From Candidatus Fermentibacterota bacterium (GTDB lineage Bacteria > Fermentibacterota > Fermentibacteria > Fermentibacterales > JCC-6), in assembly GCA_003644925.1 (NCBI GenBank), contig QNDS01000002.1:1-40684 (forward strand): DNA of 40,684 nucleotides, given 5' to 3'. The notes under the pieces were generated by a model that ran no database searches, was not told the origin of the DNA, and saw only the letters and a list, made by a program, of their open reading frames with translations. Within the stretch, counting starts at the first letter, position 1, and each line of letters opens with the position of its first letter. The translations under genes were made by a program, and so were the position numbers. Below, in pieces: positions 29,001-35,637 of this stretch.

Positions 29001-31474
29001 TAATACACACCTACATAAACGACACGGGGGCGGTTAGAGATACATTAGGATATTTATGCAATAGCAGCAAAGAAACCGACGGAGTAACTACGGGATCCTC
29101 TCCAAACTGTGTATATTTCGGTAGTGTTGACAGAGATGACAGTTTTACATATTGCAAAGGGAATGCATGCTATCATGGCTTTTCTATGTTTATTGATGAA
29201 AATATGACTGTTGGTGGAGTAAAAGTTGAAGAAGAAATGTTTGTAATTTGGAGAAGCAGTGCAAATTTAGCTAACGCCTGGAAATTAGGATACAGCGATA
29301 ATACAACATTAATAGGGAATATTTCATTCAATAATTCAGGGCTACTTTATACTAGCTCTGATCATGGAATAACTTTCACCGCTCATAATGGGACAGGAGT
29401 AGTATGGGCTGCTGCCGTCCATGATGCTGTGGATATTTTAACTTATCAAATTTATTCTATAGATAATAGTACAGCGAAAACAGGCGGATGGAGTGGATTA
29501 ACAAAAGATTCTATTGGTGTGGTGCCTGAAGCTCCAGGAACTCCTGCAATAAATCATATTGACGGAGACACAAATAAAAACGGGACTTATTCCGGGGTGT
29601 TTGACATTGGATGTTTACTTGGAGAAGACCCAAACGGGGAACCTGTCACAGGAAATTTAAGTTTAAGGAATACTGACGGAAGCTTTAATTACACAATAAA
29701 CGGAAGCTTCAGCGATAATGGATCAATGATTAACGTCTCATTCAATAGCAGCCTCGTCGCAGACGGAACGTACAGGATGAACCTTACGAACTGCGATAAC
29801 ACAAGCAGGTGCTCCTCAACATTAATAGGTAATTTCACCATAGACAACACACCTCCCTACATAGCGTTCAACACATCAACCACGGCAGCAGGCAACCACC
29901 CTCAAAGCTTCATCCAAGTCAACATAACCGCACATGATATTGGGAGCGGCATAGATCTCATAAACATATCACTGTATAACTCCACAGGCGGGTTAGTGGA
30001 CAGCAACACCTCAGGCAGCTCACCCTTCCTAACGAACTTCACCGGGCTGTCGGATGGAGTATACTACTTGAATGCAACAGTCAACGACAGTGCAGGGAAC
30101 CTGAACCACACACCCACCAGAACAATAGAGTTAAATACTCTACCCTCATCAATAACCTTAATATCTCCAGCAGACAATAACTGGACACTCGACAACCCAA
30201 TCAACTTCACATTCAAATACACCGGCGGAGACGCGACAGAAAACTGTAAACTATACATCGACAACGTGCTCGCAGACACAAATGCATCAACAAAAAACAA
30301 CACCAACACCCTCCTACAGGCTGCGGGAGTCGCTGAAGGAAACCACACATGGAACGTTAACTGCACAAACAACGCCGGAAACCAGAACACCTCACTAACA
30401 CGGAACATATATGTAGACCGAACCAAACCAAGAATACCGCTGAATTCACCCCCCAACAACACATACGCCCCCAGCAACACACCAACCTTCAACTTCACCG
30501 TAATCGACATGGACACAAACCTATCATGTGAACTACTGATCGGCGGAGCAGGATACGGCGAAACAACCGCCTTAAACAACACTCCAACAACCATAACAGC
30601 AAACCACAGCCTCCCTAACGGAGTGCACTACTGGAACATAACCTGCTCAGACGAACTCCAAACCAACACCTCAAAAACATGGAACCTAACCGTGGACACA
30701 ATCAAACCACACATCCAACTCAACCTACCAAACGGCACATCAACAAACAACCAGACGCCCACATTCAACTTCACGGTAACAGACAACATAGACACAAACA
30801 TGCTCTGCGAACTAACCGTGGACGGAATAACCTACGGTCAAATCTACGCAGACAACAACACAATCACCAACATCACAGCCAACGCAACACTATCCTACGG
30901 CACACTGCACTGGAACATCACCTGCACAGACAACGCAACAAACCAGAACACCTCCCTAACCTACCTAATACAGATACTATCACCCACGGTCTCCATGCCA
31001 GCTGGATGGAACATCATAGGCTTAACAAGAAACCGAACCTACACCGCAGAAACAATATGCCAGAACATAACCGGCTGCACGGTAACATCCAACTACTCCG
31101 GCGGAAACTACCACAGCCACATAAAAGGACTCCCCTTCAACATATTCCCAATAAAATTCGGATACGGATACTTCATCCACCTCTCACAGGCAACAACATT
31201 CCTGCAAACAGGCGACGCACTAGTATCTCCCACAAAAAACATAACCGTGGAACTGGAGGAAGGATGGAACATCATAGCATGGGCTAATGAAGTAACAAAC
31301 ACAACAGCAGAAGCCGTCTGCATCGACATCCCCTCATCATACATCAGCAAATACGAGCCAGCAACAGGATTCACAACCCACCTCAAAGGAAATCCATTGA
31401 ACAACTTCACCGTGGTGGGAGGTAAAGGATATTTCGTTTGGCTCAATCAAACAAGGAATTGGACGCATAACTGA
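23015..31474 (+). CDS. Giant (2819 aa) secreted, heavily sequon-decorated adhesin-like protein with two LamG domains, a 7-repeat propeller-like insert and Ig-like repeats.
   Basis: Single uninterrupted ORF. Signal peptide MKSNHRICFLVMSMLCVSLVPTASA. Nine N-x-S/T sequons in the first ~135 residues. No C-terminal TM helix. Confidence 0.85.
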   Translation: MKSNHRICFLVMSMLCVSLVPTASAWWNLSYAYEYQLNISYAGSYATHTLQPITVNISNLNGSNTPALAVLYNNSGTWVEQDWEWHFERDGSQSVKSYVNDTIRFLVNLTNNTVNRDYFIYTTDDGSINAKNTSVFLWYDGFELGHITGYENEYLTPSDAIESGEKYLGSYSIKSGIGVARVRFPEAFDSEHIYFGVAMRRSSTTNLVSVAYLEDNARTNAFRLFIDGISYSTEMIKWKEDDVSHPVKPAVREQWYYIMLKGCDTTGSDTVCDGFYVDGVLNDTSIGTTGTVTDVEYFAIYKNTGSGAETFDEIYISDNNFNVYPNLPTINVESEDTQGLNPGISITLNSPVEGYNSTVQTITFNCSYSCTDSSIVNVSLWGNWSGWHRNETNSTLTGSTGTVKFTKSLPNGEYKWNCYGCNNETNCSFAANNHTFSVDADIIEPTIVLNHPPNASSGNLSYILNATITDDKSNSLDVYFYVNTSLLSLSLNRINDTTISLNISAMPISNALDGLQFLFHFDNLSKYGETNTHVYDFSGNGNNGTVSGAVWDNLGCKFGGCYVFDGTDDYINAGTSNLTLTENFTVMAWVNGSKNQAIETLIAKWNIQDNFSSLPFEAFNASNISGYNLGSMYSGTKGYPHPIFDGRYVYWTPNVWDYQHFHTLAIRYDTTLPYKNLSSWEVFNISTATAYSIGAYRDMVYDGRYIYYTPYFEAYIARYDTTGSFNETSSWYVFDAKNVSNCNNQCYGFNGATFDGEFIYYNPYKRNGSVVHFDFIRYNTSKQFNLSSSWDYVNLTGNIDGVSQPTYGYYETIYVNGYVYYSTILDDEFLRFNTSGVFNDTGNWDLRSGGQDGCGISATTDGRYIYFLPYRTAGVTWHGRIQRYDTFGDFNTGGNWVIYDAGSEDGITIRDLQGGIYDGKYIYFIEYHDGTDSQPHILRYDTTKDYTLSSSWDAINYGSVDGLPTEGYKGGCYDGRYIYFGHTATKNPGINGGKDLAHGMALRYDTVKGNNASFRLQINAPMGENEMMGLVKGVMFTISGTNKSYSVIGNNTFDDSELHHIAVTYNGTNLIMYIDGVKEDERVVSPAMSISSSLEDIVIGASTSDSNDFFNGTIDELGILNRTLSASEVLDSYRIKNGTYSWYVNASDGTNVNKSEVRVFTIGSINTAPQITLVSPADNSTSVSLNAVINYTYTDVDNEAGNCVLYNNSDNTAICTNNSVANGTTIHCNSGVGAYSTTFTYYVNCTDGTDMTKSSVWNFTTEAAKISLSYHLPTETNGTTISTNHTEINHSITISDTSNSLDTFRFNISGARNVSSIIYDDDLVLALNFNNNSAIGDNETHVMDISQYGNNGTMHNGTQICGNHSSCPHYVAGRFGQGMSFDGVNDYVDCGNDSSLNITDAVTIEAWIKSSFSGRRWIVSKGGFDQYWIEVSDSGDKSRFYIRDGDDAFHSCLGTTDVTDGLWHQVVGTYDYSEGYARVYVDGKKQATCDFSGKKMKNNPTKKVTVGAASSGAQNFNGSIDEVRIYDRALSADEVWLHYQSEFQKYNATEYRFYDNLTNLADGEYQHYGWANDSAGGEDTSETRFFTVDVPAFSVSLNSPLDDSSLGDVIPDFNFSVSGDRSTYTCELFINDSGYGRVENWCYQESANESTACGGLNTGTYVNTSGWGAGVVNVTDGDWSTAGYGSILGDYLYINYSKPAGSTSNSLWQVKRAVGAAYNLSLSAGCWNQNPLQLRVYDNSADAGSWSFSCFDGVGWSVLSSGVTKGVAEEAMWWSIADGNTSNNTDTVITANTTLSDGHYNWYINCTVDGRTNQSVARTFMVDTTPPVCTIISQTPGDLNHSSNGSFVVKVHCEDATGFNLSALGIGLTLNHSGCMNASWRFPSNTKADGYLDMQRAEHRNEGEWYEGLFSNIWEWSFHDIGCCHMNMTYNGTCAAGYCVNFTFTKQDIHSLFHSFWALDKNSLEHSEMNYLDVYTGNHVISKIYLPKLEANATLIIHTYINDTGAVRDTLGYLCNSSKETDGVTTGSSPNCVYFGSVDRDDSFTYCKGNACYHGFSMFIDENMTVGGVKVEEEMFVIWRSSANLANAWKLGYSDNTTLIGNISFNNSGLLYTSSDHGITFTAHNGTGVVWAAAVHDAVDILTYQIYSIDNSTAKTGGWSGLTKDSIGVVPEAPGTPAINHIDGDTNKNGTYSGVFDIGCLLGEDPNGEPVTGNLSLRNTDGSFNYTINGSFSDNGSMINVSFNSSLVADGTYRMNLTNCDNTSRCSSTLIGNFTIDNTPPYIAFNTSTTAAGNHPQSFIQVNITAHDIGSGIDLINISLYNSTGGLVDSNTSGSSPFLTNFTGLSDGVYYLNATVNDSAGNLNHTPTRTIELNTLPSSITLISPADNNWTLDNPINFTFKYTGGDATENCKLYIDNVLADTNASTKNNTNTLLQAAGVAEGNHTWNVNCTNNAGNQNTSLTRNIYVDRTKPRIPLNSPPNNTYAPSNTPTFNFTVIDMDTNLSCELLIGGAGYGETTALNNTPTTITANHSLPNGVHYWNITCSDELQTNTSKTWNLTVDTIKPHIQLNLPNGTSTNNQTPTFNFTVTDNIDTNMLCELTVDGITYGQIYADNNTITNITANATLSYGTLHWNITCTDNATNQNTSLTYLIQILSPTVSMPAGWNIIGLTRNRTYTAETICQNITGCTVTSNYSGGNYHSHIKGLPFNIFPIKFGYGYFIHLSQATTFLQTGDALVSPTKNITVELEEGWNIIAWANEVTNTTAEAVCIDIPSSYISKYEPATGFTTHLKGNPLNNFTVVGGKGYFVWLNQTRNWTHN
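24548..26416 (+). other. LamG (Laminin_G_3 / concanavalin-A-like) domain 1, apparently split by a ~400-aa insertion.
   Basis: N-terminal half: LFHFDN..THVYDFSGNGNNGTVSGAVW..GGCYVFDGTDDYINAG..FTVMAWVN. C-terminal half: ..HHIAVTYNGTNLIMYIDGV..FFNGTIDELGILNRTLSASEVLDSY. Coordinates are approximate. Confidence 0.6.
24840..26045 (+). other. Seven tandem ~55-aa repeats ([FY]DG[RK]Y[IV]Y[FYW]...R[YF][DN]T...SW), a probable 7-bladed beta-propeller.
   Basis: FDGRYVYWTP, YDGRYIYYTPY, FDGEFIYYNPY, VNGYVYYST, TDGRYIYFLPY, YDGKYIYFIEY, YDGRYIYFGH. Each is followed by an (I/L)RY(D/N)T-type strand. Confidence 0.5.
26981..27633 (+). other. LamG (Laminin_G_3-like) domain 2, contiguous.
   Basis: LALNFNN..THVMDISQYGNNGTMHNG..GQGMSFDGVNDYVDCGN..VTIEAWIK..WHQVVGTYD..VYVDGKK..FNGSIDEVRIYDRALSADEVWLHY. 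Confidence 0.7.
30143..31471 (+). other. Three Ig-like ~90-aa repeats, then two terminal ~75-aa GWNII modules.
   Basis: Repeats have the form ..SP.DN.....P.F.F.......C.L.......................H.WN..C.D...N.N.S.......D. They are followed by AGWNIIGL...GYGYFIHL and EGWNIIAW...GKGYFVWL. Confidence 0.45.
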
Positions 31475-31481
31475 AAAAAAA

Positions 31482-32108
31482 ATGGAAAACACATATCAAA
31501 AAATATTAATACTCACATGCTTAATAGCTATAGTAATCCCATCAACATCAGCGTTAAACCTACCTCACCCAATGACGGGAATAGTCTACCAACCCAACGG
31601 GAGAGATTACGTCGTGGGAGCCCCTGTGTTGGCAACAAACCAACGCACCGGGGAAGCGATAATGGATGTGGTAGCGACATCAGGCTACTATGAGAACATC
31701 GACGCAGGAAACTTCCCATCAGGATACAAGACAGGAGATCAGATACTGATACAGATCACGTGGGCGGACGCAAGATATGAGGGGGAGGCTGATGTGCGGA
31801 TCGACACATCCCCCGTGCAAATAATCAGACCAATCACCTTGAGGCTAGCGTATGTTCCAGAAGCTGTCTACGTACCCCTACCAACCCCCATAGAACCTGA
31901 ACCCGTTGTCGAAGCCCCACCCCCTAACGCAACCCCTGTAACATATGCCTCGATGGAGCCGGTGTACTTCATAGGCGGAGAACCTGTGACAACCACCACC
32001 CTGATAAACATTACCACCCCCCCCACAACCCAACCAACAATAATGATCCATAAACAGAAATCATTGATCGATAAAATAATAGACTGGTTTACCATTTTCC
32101 ACCTTTAG
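31482..32108 (+). CDS. Secreted protein with a carboxypeptidase-regulatory-like N-domain and a Pro/Thr-rich tail.
   Basis: Signal peptide. GIVYQPNGRDYVVGAPVLATNQRTGE...GDQILIQ parallels the N-domain of 35638..38235. Confidence 0.6.
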   Translation: MENTYQKILILTCLIAIVIPSTSALNLPHPMTGIVYQPNGRDYVVGAPVLATNQRTGEAIMDVVATSGYYENIDAGNFPSGYKTGDQILIQITWADARYEGEADVRIDTSPVQIIRPITLRLAYVPEAVYVPLPTPIEPEPVVEAPPPNATPVTYASMEPVYFIGGEPVTTTTLINITTPPTTQPTIMIHKQKSLIDKIIDWFTIFHL

Positions 32109-32165
32109 TGTTAGTCATCCTCACCAATCATTTTTTATTCTATCCTATCTTAATTTTTAAACGAT

Positions 32166-33323
32166 ATGAAAAACAGTTCTTATCTCATTGGGGTATTGTT
32201 TTTTTCGCTGTTACTCATAAGTACGGCTTCCGCCAGCATGAATTTGACTGTCACCACCCCCGTTGAGGGTGGGAATTACACATCTCCCATAACTATTAGC
32301 GGGATCACGAATGAATCCTCTAACATAACCTGGGAGTTCGATGCGAACGGTACGATATATAAATCAACAAACGCCACGGGTATCACCTCCTTCTCTAATA
32401 CCAGCACCGCACTAGCAGACGGAAGCCATAATATCACAATCTTTGCATATAACTTCACCAGTGCAGGAGTTAATTCATCTATTGTATTAAACTTCACCAT
32501 AGACAACATATATCCTAACGTAACAATCAATCTACCTACTGCAACATCATTTTCCGTGAACAATATAACAATCAACACCACCATAAACGATACCAACAAC
32601 ATGGTGTGCGTTTACTCCCTAGATGGGTGGGTGACTAACGTATCATATGACTGTAATTACACAACCTTCGTTACAACAGATGGTAATAAAGTGTTGCGAA
32701 TCTCTGCGAAAGACATAGCAGGCAACAATAATAACACAGAAACACACTCTTTTGTGGTGGATACCACACCCCCCACCCTATCAATCACAGAGCCTGTAGC
32801 GGGACATAGATACTATACGCGGAGAATATCCGTTGAGAGCACAGCGGCGGATGCTACATCAAGCATCACATGTGTCTACTCCCTAGACGGCTTCGTAACC
32901 AACACATCATTCACCTGCTCAGAAACCCAAGAAATTGAATTTGAGGAAAGTGAAAACACCCTCTCAATCGGAGTCAAGGATGCACTGGGGTGGGTGACAC
33001 AAAGAACATCAACATTCGACGTGAACACAGCACTAGTCCAGACCCACATCTGCGGAGATCACTACTGCACCGAAATAGAACTACAAAGGCAGGGGATAAC
33101 CCCAACAACACAACCCAGATACGGCAGCCAAAAAGACACAGGATTCATACCCCTCCTAGACATAACCACACCAACAATACCCTACATGGACATCAACATA
33201 AACCTACCATTCCTCGGAGACGCTCCACTGTGGCTTATCGCAACAACACTAACAACAATCCTCCTACTATTTTACATACGAACCGTGCAAGAAGACAGCA
33301 ATCTAAAATTGAAATTTTGGTAA
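32166..33323 (+). CDS. Secreted Ig-like-repeat glycoprotein with a C-terminal TM anchor.
   Basis: Signal peptide ending ASA. Repeated ..VDTTPPTLSITEP / IDNIYPNVTINLP boundaries. Many sequons. LWLIATTLTTILLLFYI anchor. Confidence 0.65.
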   Translation: MKNSSYLIGVLFFSLLLISTASASMNLTVTTPVEGGNYTSPITISGITNESSNITWEFDANGTIYKSTNATGITSFSNTSTALADGSHNITIFAYNFTSAGVNSSIVLNFTIDNIYPNVTINLPTATSFSVNNITINTTINDTNNMVCVYSLDGWVTNVSYDCNYTTFVTTDGNKVLRISAKDIAGNNNNTETHSFVVDTTPPTLSITEPVAGHRYYTRRISVESTAADATSSITCVYSLDGFVTNTSFTCSETQEIEFEESENTLSIGVKDALGWVTQRTSTFDVNTALVQTHICGDHYCTEIELQRQGITPTTQPRYGSQKDTGFIPLLDITTPTIPYMDININLPFLGDAPLWLIATTLTTILLLFYIRTVQEDSNLKLKFW

Positions 33324-33351
33324 AAAAGAACAAAATATAGAGGGAAAAAAG

Positions 33352-34536
33352 ATGATAAACAAACTAGCGGAGTATTGGGATAAAGCAAACCAACTACAGA
33401 AAGCGACACTACTTGGTTTATTCGCCAGTGGCATGATCCTCTTCATCAACGGAATAACCGTAGACTCTATGCTACTCTCCCTGGCAGTATGCCTCATAGG
33501 GGGAAGTGCAGCCCTCTTAATAGGCAGAGAAACAACCACAAACCGCTTCCTAGTCGGAGCAACCATAGGAGTCGCCCTAGCACTCATCCTATCTCTCACA
33601 GGGCAAATAACCCTCCTGAACCCAATAACCCTGGCAATAGTTGCTGTTTCAGGACTAGCAAGCCTAGCATCCTATGAACTACTTAAAACATGGAGCGACT
33701 GGAACATCGGATTAGGGGCAGCAATCACCTCCGCAATATTTGCCCTATCCTTCACGGGAATAATGCCAATATCCACCTGGACACTCTACGCATCCATCCT
33801 ACTAACCACCACAGCAACAGCATACATACTATTACGACTCCAAACCCAGCTACTAAACCACATACCCCAACTAAACCTCGGCAACCTCAACGCAGCATAC
33901 TACCCCGTCATAGCCTTCCTAGCAGGCGTAGCAGCCCTGCAACTAATGGCAATAATACCCATCACACCCACAGCATACACAATAACAACCGCAATAGACA
34001 CACCAATAGACTGGATATCAAGCAGCCTATACACCCTAATCATGCCAGCAATGAACTGGGTGGGACTAGGAGGCATAAACGCAATGCCCATGCAAGCAAC
34101 AACAAACTTCGAAGGAACAATATTCACAACACTAGAATTCGAAAAAGACACAAGAGGATTCACATACAACCCAGCCACAACCCAATCCACAACCAACATA
34201 CAACTAATCTCACCCCAATCCATGGCAATAACCCCCACAGAATACGTTGGCAACCCCATATGGATCTCCACAACCAAACCCCACGCAATCAAAAAAATAA
34301 GCATAAACCTCAAAACAGACAACATGCAAGTACCAGTGGACATACTATTCAACAAACAACAAGCAACAATATCCTCACGATACCTCCGACCCACAGCAAC
34401 CGCACTAACAGAAGGAGAAACCAGCCAACAAATACTCGTCAAAATGCCCAAAGGAACATTCAAAGTACGATTCACAGCAGTGAGCCTCAGCAACGAAGAC
34501 GCAAAAATATACGCATCCAAACTAACTCCCGCATAA
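33352..34536 (+). CDS. Polytopic membrane protein (~7 TM helices) with a C-terminal extracellular domain.
   Basis: ORF track; chosen over the two overlapping low-complexity shadow ORFs. Confidence 0.6.
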   Translation: MINKLAEYWDKANQLQKATLLGLFASGMILFINGITVDSMLLSLAVCLIGGSAALLIGRETTTNRFLVGATIGVALALILSLTGQITLLNPITLAIVAVSGLASLASYELLKTWSDWNIGLGAAITSAIFALSFTGIMPISTWTLYASILLTTTATAYILLRLQTQLLNHIPQLNLGNLNAAYYPVIAFLAGVAALQLMAIIPITPTAYTITTAIDTPIDWISSSLYTLIMPAMNWVGLGGINAMPMQATTNFEGTIFTTLEFEKDTRGFTYNPATTQSTTNIQLISPQSMAITPTEYVGNPIWISTTKPHAIKKISINLKTDNMQVPVDILFNKQQATISSRYLRPTATALTEGETSQQILVKMPKGTFKVRFTAVSLSNEDAKIYASKLTPA

Positions 34537-34549
34537 AATCCATAACTTC

Positions 34550-34710
34550 GGTGTTGTCGCATCCGCCACCAACGTTCTCCTAGCTGAACATCAGCCAAAA
34601 GGATGCGGCAACACCCACCCTACAATAACCCAAACGACACGGTGGGGGGAGGCAACCACCTATAAGCCGATGAATGCCCTGAGCCAGCACAAGGCAAAAC
34701 CCCCCACACC
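34550..34710 (+). ncRNA. Candidate structured RNA (unclassified).
   Basis: A 15-bp stem pairs 34550-34564 with 34601-34615. It includes one G-U pair, which would be an A-C mismatch on the other strand. An inner hairpin gctga-aca-tcagc lies inside it. A second stem pairs gtgggggg (34642-34649) with ccccccac (34700-34707). GC is elevated relative to the flanks. Confidence 0.25.
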
Positions 34711-34752
34711 AGCGAAACCCGTCTTTTATATCTCCTTTGGCTAATAACTAAT

Positions 34753-35238
34753 ATGATTCGAACGAAGAGATTTAGAATCGAGCATAACGGGGATGTGACT
34801 GGTGTGGGCTTCCGTCCTACGCTCTGCGGCAGAGGCATATCCGATTACGGTCTCCATGTATGCCCTCGAAATATCGGTGCGGGATTAGTTGAAGTAATCC
34901 TTAAAGGGGAGGAAGAAGATATTAAGCGATTTCATAGGGATGTTGCGAATCTTAAAATCAGACCAGAAGGCGTCAGGGAGTACTTAACCAATGAACTGGA
35001 GGGATATGAAGGAGAAGTCGACTTCAATCTATGCTCCACCGGATTGATTTTAGAGCAGATGGGAACGTTCGTAGATAGTGCAAAAGAATTGACGCAGGTT
35101 ACACGAACGGGGTTTGAAAACCAGGGCAGAAAATTCGATGACTTAGGCAGAAAATTCGATGACTTAGGCAGAAAATTCGATGACTTAGGCAGAAAATTCG
35201 ATGAATTAGCGAAAGCAATCAAGAAAGCACTACGATAA
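34753..35238 (+). CDS. Acylphosphatase-like domain protein with a C-terminal GRKFDDL heptad repeat.
   Basis: NGDVTGVGFR matches acylphosphatase signature 1 (G.VQGVGFR), followed by a ...RN...G.VEVILKGEEEDI second motif. TATA box cttttatat lies about 30 nt upstream. Confidence 0.55.
   Translation: MIRTKRFRIEHNGDVTGVGFRPTLCGRGISDYGLHVCPRNIGAGLVEVILKGEEEDIKRFHRDVANLKIRPEGVREYLTNELEGYEGEVDFNLCSTGLILEQMGTFVDSAKELTQVTRTGFENQGRKFDDLGRKFDDLGRKFDDLGRKFDELAKAIKKALR
35125..35208 (+). repeat. 21-bp tandem repeat x4 (three perfect units, the last with 1 mismatch), in frame.
   Basis: ggcagaaaattcgatgactta x3 plus ggcagaaaattcgatgaatta, encoding GRKFDDL x3 plus GRKFDEL. Confidence 0.9.
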
Positions 35239-35242
35239 CCCC

Positions 35243-35548
35243 CTATAAACTGCCCACACCCAAAAACATTGCACTTATAATGTAGAGAACAACCACAAAC
35301 AACCCGAATTTTATGATTGAGTTGAAGGTGTGCAAGAATCTTTCAGCGAGCAAAAACCACGATGTTGTGGATATGATCCACATCGTGAGTCCAAGCCCGA
35401 GCTGTATCTCTGGGTGTCCATACCATCCAGCTAGTTTTTCAGCGACTGCCAGATGACCTGTCCACAGTGCTGGGATAGCGGTTGTGAACAGGAAGATAAT
35501 TGTTTTTTCGATGAGACCCATAAAATCTGGATTGATTGTTGGCATCAT
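35243..35548 (-). CDS. Small three-TM membrane protein.
   Basis: ORF track; the only minus-strand gene in the island. Confidence 0.5.
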   Translation of the reverse strand: MMPTINPDFMGLIEKTIIFLFTTAIPALWTGHLAVAEKLAGWYGHPEIQLGLGLTMWIISTTSWFLLAERFLHTFNSIIKFGLFVVVLYIISAMFLGVGSL

Positions 35549-35637
35549 AAATCCTTGATTTTTTTAGTTACATCCACCATCACTATTTATACACACGTGA
35601 TAAAATATTAACAGGATCCATTAAATATCAAAAAAAA

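Noticed and set aside
30064-31446. ORFs 30064..30594 (-), 30679..31287 (+) and 31108..31446 (-) inside the giant gene.
   Set aside because: These are shadow ORFs in the A+C-rich 3' part of the 2819-aa CDS, with low-complexity translations.
33690-34598. Long ORFs 33690..34583 (+, 297 aa) and 33900..34598 (-, 232 aa) overlapping CDS 33352..34536.
   Set aside because: The products are low-complexity (H/N/R/T/P-rich). The extreme A+C richness of this block simply removes stop codons in other frames. The membrane-protein frame 33352..34536 is the coherent one.
34581-34690. C/D-box or H/ACA sRNA inside the structured spacer (ctga and gatga motifs, ACA after the first stem).
   Set aside because: Box spacing is wrong for C/D guides (gatga to ctga is only ~5 nt) and the pocket is very asymmetric for H/ACA. 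It is kept only as an unclassified ncRNA candidate.
34755-34764. A tRNA T-loop-like cgttcgaatc on the minus strand.
   Set aside because: The flanking bases do not form a T-stem and no acceptor or anticodon arms can be drawn. It lies within the first codons of CDS 34753..35238.
18534-35637. Poly-A runs immediately upstream of start codons (A11 at 18534-18544, A9 at about 31474-31482 and 35629-35637) as phase-variation switches.
   Set aside because: They lie outside coding sequence, so slippage would only change spacer length. More likely they reflect an A-rich leader preference.
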